Source of the DNA: Octopus sinensis
Lineage: Eukaryota
Assembly: GCF_006345805.1 (NCBI RefSeq)
Contig: NC_043002.1
Location: 113,274,001-113,338,000, forward strand
Direction: 5' to 3'
DNA: 64,000 nucleotides
Under the pieces are notes generated by a model that was not told where the DNA came from, ran no database searches, and saw nothing but the letters and a program-made list of their open reading frames with translations. Shown here piece after piece: positions 10,010-20,574 of this stretch (the stretch's first letter is position 1; each line of letters begins with the position of its first letter). Made by a program: the position numbers and the translations under genes.

Positions 10010-11178
10010 ATGTCAGCTACCTACGGATCGAAACTGAGATCTGCAAGAAGGGCTTCTCATCAAGATGATGGTCCTACCAATAGTCAGCTCAACGAGCAGT
10101 TGCTGTTGCTCAAACAAGAGGTCGAGCACCTAAAGTCTGTTGTTGCTCTCTTACTGAATAAACAGTCTCCTGTTGACGCAGAGTCACCCTTGATTTCTTC
10201 CCTGGAGACGTCCAAACCGAAGGGAACAAAATCGAAGCGGCCAAAGAAGGCGAAGGAACCGGCGGTCGTTTCTGCACATGATCGTTCCTGTGCGGATTCT
10301 TCCCCATCTGCCTTTTCGGTCCTGGAGGTTCCCCAACCGAATTTGAGGAGCGTAGACTCAAACCCACCTGAAGACCGTTGTTCTCCCCAAAAGAAGAAAC
10401 GTAGTCAAAACTCCAGAGGGGCAGATTTGGCTATGAAACCTGATCACGATAAAATCCGTTTGGATTCACCCTCACCTGTCCTTCCCATTAATGCCATTGC
10501 TCAACCAATTCTGAACGATCTCGATGTGAGTTCATCTGGGGAGTGGCGCTCCCCCAAACCGAAGAAGAGGCAGTGCAGTTCCAAACCAGGCGGGAAAATT
10601 AGACCACTAAACCCATTCCGATCGACCCCACAGGCCGACATAAGTCCGATGGCTATGAAACCACCCTTTCGAAATCCTCCAATGAAGAATCGAATACCAC
10701 AGCTCATAGTAGAGAACATTTTGCCCACTCAAGATCAGCAATAATTTACGGTAAAGCTGAATCCACCCGTGATACAGGCATAAACCGCCTAAAAGATAAC
10801 ATTAATTTTGTTTCCATTTTGGTTGGAGAATTGTTCTCCGTGAACGAAAAGGTCAGTGTCCTTAAGGTCGCTCGGCTAGGAAGATTCCAAGCGAACCCAA
10901 CCGCAGATACTAGACCACGCCCAATAAGGGTAATCTTTTCTTCTGATCGGGAGGCTTCAGTCTTTCTGAACAGAGCTCAGACGCATGCCTGGGAGGACCC
11001 CAATATGGGTTTTCGCGAGGAATACTCACTAAGAGAGAGAATTCGCCGGAGAAACCTGATATCCGAACTAAAGATGAGGAAACAAATGGGAGAGAAGGGT
11101 TTACGAATCCAAGATGGACAGATAATCAAGTCCTACCTCTGGTCCCATGCTGTAGTGCTGACAGGGAAAGTGATGTGA
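10010..11178 (+). pseudogene. LINE ORF1 (coiled-coil N-terminus; C-terminal IIYGKAES..RLG..RPRP region), one frameshift between ~10603 and 10740
   Basis: ORF 10010-10744 plus a second frame open from ~10603 to 11178 containing motifs typical of CR1/L2 ORF1 C-termini. Confidence 0.75.
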
Positions 11179-14059
11179 GGGCAAATCGAAGTGAAGTTGA
11201 TACTCCCGTCAACGATGCTATCTCTGATACCCCTTATTCTGCTTGCTCCCCAACTCCCGCCCCTCAGACTTCACAGCTCAGCATCGTCTACACCAACTCG
11301 TGCTCCTTATTCCCAAAGTTCAGTGAACTATTTACACTGGCCATACGTGACTCCCCTGATGTGATAGCTATCACTGAGACTTGGCTGACTCCAGCAGTAA
11401 AGGACTCAGAAATCCACCTGCAGGGCTACGTCCTTTTCAGATGTGACAGAGGAAAAAGGCGAGGTGGAGGTGTTGCTGTGTATATTAAGTCTGAGCACAA
11501 ACCGTCCAGCGGTATTCTACCCACTAATGCTCAGCCTACAACAAAATTCGATGCCGTCTATTGCAAGCTGAGCCTATCTGAGTTTTGCATGCCCGTGTTG
11601 GCTGTCTACAGGCCGCCTCTTGCCGACCCCCAGGACGATGCTCATCTACTCGAAGCGATAAGATTCGTTTCAACTTCGCATGACTGTTTGGTACTAGGAG
11701 ACTTCAACGCTCCCACGATCGATTGGCCCGCATCAATTTGTACATCTTCCCGGTTCGGCCAGGCCCTTCTTGACGTGGCTGAAGATTGTTTTCTATCGCA
11801 ACATGTTGAATATCCGACAAGGCATCGATCTGGGCAGCAGCCATCTATCCTAGATCTGGTATTCTCCCGCTATCCAAGATCAGTGCCAGACGTATCTGTG
11901 TGCGCCCCTCTTGCCAAGAGTGATCATGCGGTCCTGAAGTTCGTCATGCACACAACTTTTTCTACGCCCACGACTACTTCGCTGCCACGTAGAGTCTTCT
12001 CTGCAATTAATCTTGAAATTCTAATCGAGGCTTCCGCGCTTCTGGACTGGCGATCCCTGATGACGTTGTCCTCAGTTGACGAACTATGGTCATCCCTCAA
12101 AGCATATGTAATCTGTTTGACTGACCAGGCAGTTCCCGTTGGGCTTCCCAAGAGGAAGAAACACAAGCCCTGGGTGACGAAGAGGGTTAAACGAGAACGT
12201 CGACTCAGAGATATTGCTTGGGCTGAATTCAAAAATCTGGATTCGACTGCAGCTTTTGAGGTGTACAAAACTCAACGAGACCGAGCCGTGAAAATTGAAA
12301 AGAAAGAACGCTTTAGTTACGAATACAAAATCGCGGCAAATGCCAGTAGCAATCCAAAAACCTTCTTTGCCCATGTCCAGCGGAATTCCCGCTTGAACAA
12401 CCAGATTGCAACGTTGGTAGACTCAACAGGCGTATCGATTGAGGACCCTTATCAACAGAGTCAATTATTTGCCGAGGCTTTTTCAACTATTTTCAAACAA
12501 GATGATGGTCGTGAACCCCCTCCATTTGATAGATCGGTACCTCCAATGCTTCGATTGGTCATCACGCGGGACGAAGTCAAACGTGTTATTCAAGGCCTCG
12601 ATGTCAACAAAGGTCACGGCCCTGACGGCATACACCCACGGGTTATCAAAGCGTTGGCTCCGGTCATCTGCGAGCCCTTAACACGACTATTCAATATGTC
12701 ATTGGCGACGGGTGTTATACCTGCAGACTGGAGAACAGCGATAATCTGCCCAATTTTCAAGAAAGGGAGCCGCGAAGACCCGCTTAACTACCGACCGGTT
12801 TCCCTTACATCAATTATCAGCAAGATGTTCGAAACCATCCTTAAGAAAAGTATGTTGCTCCACCTCCTAAATACAGCCTCTATCTCTGATTCCCAACACG
12901 GCTTCGTGCCGAAGAGATCATGCTTGACCAACCTACTAGTAATGGAAGAGTTGGTGACGCGCATCCTCGATGATAGTGATGCTGTTGACATCGTTTTACT
13001 GGACTTTGCCAAAGCTTTTGACTCGGTAACCACCGCCTATTGCTTGTCAAGCTTCAAGCATATAGTTTCCATCCGGATATTGTACGATGGGTTGGTGCCT
13101 TCCTCTCAGATCGCTCCTTCCAAGTCCAAGTTAATGGTTCGCGGTCCGACGTCTCCAGTGCGAGCAGTGGCGTGCCTCAAGGTTCAGTGCTTGGGCCCTT
13201 GTTGTTCTTAGTCTTCATAAATGACTTGCCCGACGACCTCACGCAACACACCCTTCTATTTGCCGACGATATCAAACTGGTCGCTCCTCGCGGTAATATA
13301 GAGGATCTTCGTCGATGCCTCCACCAAATTTGGAAGTGGTCTAACAATTGGGACCTGTGTCTGAACGTGTCAAAGTGCTGTCATCTGCCTGTCGGCTCTA
13401 CTCCTGCAACTCAACTTGATTTCGAGCCGGGTCGTCTGCTGCTGGAGAGGACCGATCAGGTAAAGGACCTAGGTATCTTGGTGGATTCCTCCTTTTCGCC
13501 TTCGGCCCAGTGCGTCCATGCTGCCAACAAAGCACGCGGAATTCTGTTCTTGATTCGACGATCATTCGGAATGCTAACAGCAGCCATATTCCTACCACTC
13601 TATGTCACGCTGGTGAGACCCATATTGGAGTATGGGATTCAAGCCTCTTCTCCTTATCTCCTCAAAGACATACAGCATCTCGAAAGAGTCCAGAAGCTGG
13701 CTACCCGCATGGTTCATGGTCTCAAAAATTTGTCCTACGAAGAAAGGCTGAGGACGCTCGACCTTTATTCTCTTGAAAAACGCCGCCGCCGTGGTGATCT
13801 CATTCTCGCCCACAACATCATAAGCGGAAAGTGTAACCTCTCGAAAGAGCTGTTCTTCACTCCTGCTCCAGAGCGTCGGCTGCGGGGTCATTCCGAAAAG
13901 CTCTACCTGCGACGATTTCATCTCAATCGAAGGAGAGGAGCTTTCTCCGTCCGGGTTGCGGATCCGTGGAACAAGCTGCCAGACGAGATGGTGAAGATGC
14001 CGACGACCGCTTTGTTCAAAGCCTCCCTTGACCTCAAGTGGCTTGAACTCTTTACATGA
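11175..14059 (+). pseudogene. LINE ORF2: AP-endonuclease + reverse transcriptase, 1-nt deletion at ~13028
   Basis: EN motifs IAITETWL, LGDFNAP, SDH. RT motifs YRPVSLTS, LDFAKAFDSV[NHRLL after frame repair], GVPQGSVLGP, LLFADD. CR1-type end RLRGH..FSVRVADPWNKLP. Confidence 0.92.
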
Positions 14060-14230
14060 ACACCACCCTGTACTTAACTCCATGTCCCCCTACATGGCCT
14101 TGCTATTTGCTTTTGAGCCAAATTAACTAACTAACTAACTAACTAACATATGATCTTCGTAGTCACCTGCGAAAGCCACCCCTCGTCCCCTGTCCAGAGC
14201 AGGGGCTCCTCCCTCCGGGAAGCAAGCTTC

Positions 14231-14700
14231 TTTATTTTATCAAATTAGCCACTTACACTTACATAAAAATCAAAAAGTCAATCAAACGTCAAAAATACAT
14301 TATCACTTTTCCCATCCTCCTCTTTCCGGACCCCCAGTCAAATATCTAGCCGCCTGCAGAGCAAACCACGTTGACAGCCGGGAGTTCAGAAAGAAGGCGA
14401 AGTGCCTATTAATTGTTTGTGTCACACAGTGCCACAATTTATAACTCGCCCTCAACATGACTTGTGCCCGCATCCTCTGTCATCCTCCACTCCTCTTTCA
14501 AGATCGAATCGTGTTCCGTGTCGGCGTCGCCCGGGTAAAAGCGATATTCCTCATTGATCCCCTTCAGCCCAAACGTCACGTCAAACGTTGTGGCCTCCAC
14601 AGCTATCTGCGGAGGCCATTCGGGGTCCTGTGTGAAGGCTAAAGGTGCTCCCTTATGGTGCTTTTCCACCACCTTTTCAATTTCTCCACCTCTATAGAAG
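14231..14700 (-). mobile_element. Element F-related copy 3 (diverged 3'UTR, homologous C-terminal peptide)
   Basis: ORF 14439-14672 peptide is homologous to F copy 1. The 3' end TTTATT abuts GGGAAGCAAGCTTC (SINE A head motif). Confidence 0.6.
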
Positions 14701-14880
14701 AAACTAGGTGCAGGTGTGGCTGTGTGGTAAGAAGCTTACTTCCCAACCACGTGGTTCCAGATTCAGTCCCACAGTGTGGTACCTTGGGCAAGAGTCTTCT
14801 ACTATAGCCTCGGACCGACCAAAGCATTGTGAGAGGATTTAGTAGAAACTGAAAGAAGCCTGTCGTAAATATATGTATAT

Positions 14881-16714
14881 CGTGTGCAGACAATTCGCCG
14901 ACAGATAGTCCGCCGATGGGAAAATTGGCCATTTGGACAAAAAGTCGACATGCGGAAGTATCGATCATGGAGTTAATCAAACCGGAACGAGGAGGCAGAA
15001 AGCTTCTATGCAAAGGGTACGCCTATATAATTGATAGAACCAGAAAAGAAAATACTTATTGGAGATACGCAAATCGTAAACTGTGCAGTGCTAGACTGAC
15101 AGCAATTGATGATGAAATTAGCACAACTCCTTCTGAACACGTTCATCCACCTACGCCAATTGAAAATCACACTGCAAAAGTTAAGGAAGAAATGAAGCTT
15201 CTTGCTGGACGAGCTGAACATTTGCTGAGCTCTATACTTGAAACCGTAGCTTCCGATATCCCCTTGAGTTATAGACGATCCATGCACAAATTTGTGAAAG
15301 TAAAACAGTGCCTCTACTTTATTGCATAACAAACAGTAAATCTGAAGCAAATTATGATTTGGTTTAAATTTAAAGAAGAAAGGATTTTGAGTGTGAAATC
15401 AATTCTATTCTCTATTTTCCTTTGATGGAAGCACTCCGTCGGTTACGACGACGAGGGTTCCGGTTGATCCGAATCAACGGAACAGCCTGCTCGTGAAATT
15501 AGCGTGTAAGTGGCTGAGCACTCCACAGACCCGTGTACCCTTGACGTAGTTCTCGGGGATATTCAGCGTGACACAGAGAGTGACAAGGCCGGCCCTTTGA
15601 AATACAGGTACAACAGAAACAGGAAGTAAGAGTGAAAGAAAGTTGTGGTGAAAGAGTACAGCAGGGATCACCACCATCCCCTGCCGGAGCCTCGTGGAGC
15701 TTTAGGTGTTTTCGCTCAATAAACACTCACAACGCCCGGTCTGGGAATCGAAACCGCGATCCTATGATCACGAGTCCGCTGCCCTAACCAGTGGGCCATT
15801 GCGCCTCCACTGTGAAATCAATTACAGTTGACTTTGAGAAAGCAGCTATAAACAGCATTAAAAAATTCTTTTCCTCACGTTTCTCTGTTTGGTTGTTTTT
15901 TCCACTTCGGTCAGTGTTTATGGCGCAAGATTGAGGCTACAGGTTTACAAACGTGGTATAGCGAAGGAGAAAATGCGTTTATTAGAAAACAACTGCAAGT
16001 GTTAGCTTTCGTACCACCTAATGACATAGCTACTTTATTTGAACAACTACTTCATTCTTTAAATGCTCAAACTGATGAAATTTTGGAGGAATTCCTGACT
16101 TACTTTGAGTGTACCTGGGTAGGAATCATGCAACGTGGTAGACGTCGACGACCACTATACATTTCTTTACGGTCGTGCTACAACAGAGTTCTCGATGATC
16201 TTCCGAAAGCCAACAACTCTTTGAAAGGGTGGCAGCGAGTCTTCAGTAGAAGAGTTAACGTCCATCACCCTAAAATCCAAATTAATTGAGAAACTTAGGG
16301 TCACACCCCGAAAGGGTAATAGAACAGACCATATCAGGAGTTGAAGTGGCAAGGAAAAGCAAAAAGTACATTCGCCGTAAGGAAAGACTTAAAACCATTG
16401 TTCTTAATTACGACGATGACGGTGGGTTGGAATTTTTAAGGGCACATGCCCATAATTGTATATAACTTTATTTCTATTTGTAAGACTAACAAAACTTTTC
16501 GTGCTTTTTTTCATATGTCGACCTCTAATACGCAATATCGTTTTATAAATAAATCGCTTCTATTTGAAAGTCTAATAAAACGTTTTCGTAAATTTTACTT
16601 TGTTTTTAAAAAATGTCGACATATTGTCATTTCGGTAAATTATCCAATCAGTCAATTGTCATGTCTATAAGTCGTCTGTCGGCCAACAGTCAGTCGACGA
16701 ATTGTCCGTCTACC
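14881..16714 (+). mobile_element. Internally deleted Mutator-like (MULE) DNA transposon
   Basis: Imperfect TIRs (GACAATTCGCCGACAGA at 14889; CGACGAATTGTC ending 16706). 9-bp TSD TATGTATAT/TATGTGTAT (8/9). FLYWCH-like N-terminus (GGRKLLCKGYAY..YWR..HVHPP) at ~14970-15300 and MULE C-terminus (LAFVPP..FLTYFECTWVG..NNSLKGW) at 15990-16290. Confidence 0.85.
15405..15810 (-). mobile_element. SINE B inside the MULE, 13-bp TSD, with a 20-nt 3' extension
   Basis: TGTGAAATCAATT at 15392-15404 and 15811-15823. Confidence 0.9.
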
Positions 16715-16745
<31 letters not shown>

Positions 16746-16955
16746 TACTGCGTGTCTTTGTAACTGTGTTTCTTCCCCTTCTACCGCTTGACAACGGGTG
16801 TTGACGTGTTTATGTCCCCGGTGCATTAGCGGTTCGAAGCAAGTGATCGATAGAATAAGTACCAGGCTTAAAAAAAGTCCCGGGGTCGATTCTTTCAACT
16901 AAAAATTCTTCAATGCGGTGCCCCAGTATGGCCACAGTCTAATAATTGAAACTAA

Positions 16956-18244
16956 TCTCTATATATAAAAGTGAAGTTGTGTCTGTCTCCTACGATTTAG
17001 ATTCCTAACTACTCCCACATTTTGCAGTGCAGTTTAACCAAAAGCGGGTATCTTATAGTCGTGATTCATATCGAGCCCTTCTGGGTATTAGCGCGCGTCT
17101 ACGATGAGTCTACGATTTTTTAAAAAAATTACCATCAATTTTTCCCATTTTTAATGCATTTTTGGCATATATAAGGGAAGTAACTCTCTAAAAATTTATT
17201 ATAAAATCTCAGAACGTAAAAAGCTACTGTAACCGCCCGCCCCCCTTTGTGGTTAGCCATATTGAGATGGCTATTATACTTTAGATCTCTAAAAATGCTT
17301 GCAGTTCAATGCTGAAAAGTTTCAAGCTTTATACTATCAGCATGCAAAACTGAATGCAACACCCAATGAATACACTGGACCCGGAGGGATTGCAATCCCA
17401 GAGGCACAATCAGTGCGTGACCTGCGTATTCACATGAGTGATGACGCGACCTTTCATGTACATGTTGCTAAACTGGCAATAAAATGTAGACGGCTGGCTG
17501 GATGGATTCTCAGAACCTTTAGAACAAGAGAACAAGAAACCATGATGGTCCTCTGGAGGACACTTGTCCTAAGCCACTTTGACTATTGCTCTCAGTTATG
17601 GTCACCATCCAGTGTCAAGTTGATCACAGAGCTCGAGGCGATCCAGCGTAGCTACACGAAGAAGATAGCCTTTATGCAGAATGTAAGCTACTGGGAAAGA
17701 CTCAAGAGATTAAAACTATATTCCTTGGAGCGTAGGCGGGAAAGATATGCCATAATATACATTTGGAAGATCCTGGAGGGACGTGTCCCAAACTTTGGCA
17801 TCGAGAGTTACACAAATGCCAGAACTGGGCGCCACTGCGTGGTGCCTAGGACTCCAAATTTGCCATCAAGATGTAGGACAAGATACTGTGATAGCCTGGG
17901 CTTCCGTGGCCCACAGCTCTTCAATATCCTCCCGAAGAACCTGAGAGACCTGCATGGGGTGGATGCAGATGTCTTTAAAATGAAACTGGATCTCTTCCTG
18001 TCAGGTGTCCCGGATGAACCAACTTCACGGCAGGAGGTGCAGATGAGGGCAGCTGCATCGAACTCCCTCATGCACCAAATGGCAGTTGCTAAAGAGCTTT
18101 CGTGAAGTAAAACCAAGTAGCAACACCAAATGGCGGTGCCCCAGCATGGCCACAGCTCATGAGCTGAAACTAGAATCAATCAATCAATCAATCAATATAG
18201 TTATTTCCCTCACAAACCCGAGCAACGCCGGGCGATACTGCTAG
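16956..18244 (+). mobile_element. Non-autonomous Helitron (~400 bp), interrupted by a LINE fragment
   Basis: A|TCTCTATATATAAAAG start, CCCGAGCAACGCCGGG hairpin, CTAG|T end. Homologous to 18586-18980 and 43644-44043. Confidence 0.85.
17301..18194 (+). mobile_element. 5'-truncated CR1-clade LINE (second family), uninterrupted ORF2 C-terminus 17301-18105, (AATC)n tail
   Basis: LVLSHFDYCSQLWSP, YSLERRRERY, GPQLFNILP, FKMKLDLFL motifs. Inserted cleanly at AAAAATGCTT|ATATAG of the Helitron. Confidence 0.9.
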
Positions 18245-18585
18245 TAACATATAAAAGATAAAAAATATAAAAATATAATGCTTCTCTTGTAATACACCTC
18301 TGGATCCTGGACCCTATTAAGGGCCACTTGGATACCCTGTAAATGTTTGCTGATGAAATAAATCTCACATTAAAATATTACATATTTCTTCCTGTCATTG
18401 CATTTAATTGAAGAGAGGAGGTAAAGTCCAACTATAACCGTCGTCTCTCATTTATTTAGTTACAGAGCAGCCAGTACTACAATGTGTATTGCTCATTCAT
18501 GTCTTTTAAGATAAAACTACGGCTTGAGGGATATTTGATCGTTACTTCTTTCAGAGTGAAGGCATTGAATTTCCTTTATAAGCTA

Positions 18586-18980
18586 CTAGCAGTATCGCCC
18601 GGCGTTGATCGGGTTTGTAAGGGAAATAACTATATAAGCATTTTTAGAGATGTAAAGTATAATAGCCATCTCAATACGGCTAACCACAAAGGGGGAGGGT
18701 GTTACTGTAGCTTTTTACGTTCTGAGATTTAATAATACATTTTTAGAGAGTTACTTCCCTTATATATGCCAAAAATGCATTAAAAATGGGAAAAATTGAT
18801 GGTAAATTTTTTTTTAAATCGTAGACTCCTCGTAGACGCGCACTAATACCCAGAAGGGCTCGATATGAATCACGACTATAAGGTACCCAGTTTTGGTTAA
18901 ACTGCACCGCAAAATGTGGGAGTAGTTAGGAATCTAAATCGTAGGAGACAGACAGCACACAACCTCACTTTTATATATAA
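18586..18980 (-). mobile_element. Non-autonomous Helitron copy
   Basis: ACTAGCAGTATCGCCCGGCGTTG (reverse of hairpin-CTAG end) at 18585; CTTTTATATATA at ~18968. Confidence 0.85.
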
Positions 18981-19607
18981 GCTATATATTTAACTATTAA
19001 TTTGCAAAGGTAATATTCTTAACTATTAAGTTGCTTAGCTAATAGCTTTAAACAAATTACTGTAGTTAGGAGAATGTAAAAGGCAAGAGCGAGAAAATAA
19101 GCATTTGTTTATTTGTGTAATTGAATTAGTTCCACGTCTTAATCTTCTTTCATTGTATGAGAACGGCTTTAATAGGACAAGCTACTTAGCAGCCGCCAGT
19201 CTGTCTAGGTCGTTAGTCTCTGAGAACAAGAATGTAATTTAAAATTACTCTAAAGGTGTCACCTAAACGAATGTGTGTGTGTGTGTGTGCCTGCGTGTGC
19301 TTGAGTGTGTATGTGTGCTTGTGCACGTGTGTATGTGTAGGTGAGTGTACTAAATGGTGTTTGTTGTATATTTGAATGCCCTAAAATTTCTGCGCATGTA
19401 TTTACGCATCAAGGAAAAATCAGGAATAAATAAAAGGAAGAAAGTAATCCAGAAAGAATAGAGAACAAGGAGAGGAGAGAGACAAAAATAAACAGAGAAT
19501 GGACATGTATATAAATAAGTGCAGTTGCTAAAAGCATGTGAAAGATGATAAATTACATAAGTATTAAGAACGGAAGAATATGCAAATAGTAATGTAGTGA
19601 CTAGAAA

Positions 19608-19990
19608 CGGGTGTAGCTGGCAGAATCGTTAGCACGTCGGACAAAATGCTTATCGGCATTTCTTCCATAAGTTTACGTCTATAGTTCAATTTCTACCTAG
19701 GTTGGCTCTTGTGCGGCACCTTGGATAAGTGTCTTCTACAATAGCGCCAGGCCGACCAATGCCTTGTTAGTAGTGTATGTGTGTGTGTGTGTGTGTTTCT
19801 CCCACCACCACTCCATGACAACTGGTGTTGGTTTGTTTACGTGCACGTAAATTAGCAGTTCAGTAAAAGAGACCGATGGTATAAGTTCCAGGCTTAAATA
19901 TAAATACAGGGCTCGATCTGTTTGATAAGAATCCCTCCAGGCAGTGCCCCAGCATGGCCGCATCCAATGACTAAATAAGTAAAAGATAAC
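19608..19990 (+). mobile_element. Chimeric SINE: family C head joined to family A body and tail
   Basis: AGCTGGCAGAATCGTTAGCACGTCGGACAAAATGCTT (C head), then TGCGGCACCTTGGATAAGTGTCTTCTAC (A body) and an A-type tail. Confidence 0.65.
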
Positions 19991-19994
19991 TGAT

Positions 19995-20314
19995 ATACGT
20001 AAAGACCCCCTTTGGTCACGACACTGACCATGGGATAGCACCTAGAAAGTTCTCTTCCGAGGCAAAAGTCCGGGCAAGGTTGTTTATGGAAGACCAACAG
20101 TCGCCCGTGTATACCAGTCACTCCTCTCCACGCCGCCGATGTTGTTCAAAGAAAAGGTAGATAGAGCTTGCTTAGTACCACAGACGTTGCAACTGCAGCA
20201 AAATGAGATAAAGTGTCTTGCTTAAGATAGAATACAACACACAGCTCGGTCGGGAATCGAACTCACTACCTCACGATTGTGAGCCCGATGCTCTAACCAC
20301 CATGCGCCTTCACT
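19995..20314 (-). mobile_element. tRNA-derived SINE family G (CORE-like body)
   Basis: Minus strand head GAAGGCGCATGGTGGTTAGAGCATCGGGCTCACAATCGTGAGG..GAGTTCGATTCCCGACCG, followed by AGCAAGACACTTTAT. Confidence 0.7.
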
Positions 20315-20502
20315 AATTATTGTAACTTTCTATATTTCAATGTGCTATTCTATTTTATTGATCTATATTCAATCTAGTTCAAGTAGAAAAGACTCGTTTA
20401 GAGTGCCGCGGAGTGAGATCGACCTCGGAACCACACATACAGAGGGGGAGAGAGAGAGAAGAGAGAGTGGGGCAGATAGATAGGTAGATAGGTAGATAGA
20501 TC

Positions 20503-20574
<72 letters not shown>

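Larger units (their letters stand above)
9850..14147 (+). mobile_element. Near full-length CR1-clade LINE (ORF1 + EN/RT ORF2, (CTAA)n tail)
   Basis: Two-ORF layout, short 3'UTR and (CTAA)n tail at 14123-14147. 5' boundary approximate; no TSD found. Confidence 0.9.
14706..16955 (+). mobile_element. SINE A hosting a MULE in its internal microsatellite and a Helitron in its tail
   Basis: Head/body at 14706-14880, distal body and tail at 16715-16955, tail remnant resumes at 18245. Confidence 0.8.

Noticed and set aside
10590-10745. Programmed -1 frameshift in CR1 ORF1 or at the ORF1/ORF2 overlap
   Set aside because: Candidate heptamers (CCCTTTC, GGGAAAG) are not in the required codon phase; a simple indel is more likely.
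14150-14225. Two small hairpins (TTCGTAG/CTGCGAA; CCCCTG/CAGGGG) as an HDV-like ribozyme
   Set aside because: No nested double-pseudoknot pairing could be assembled.
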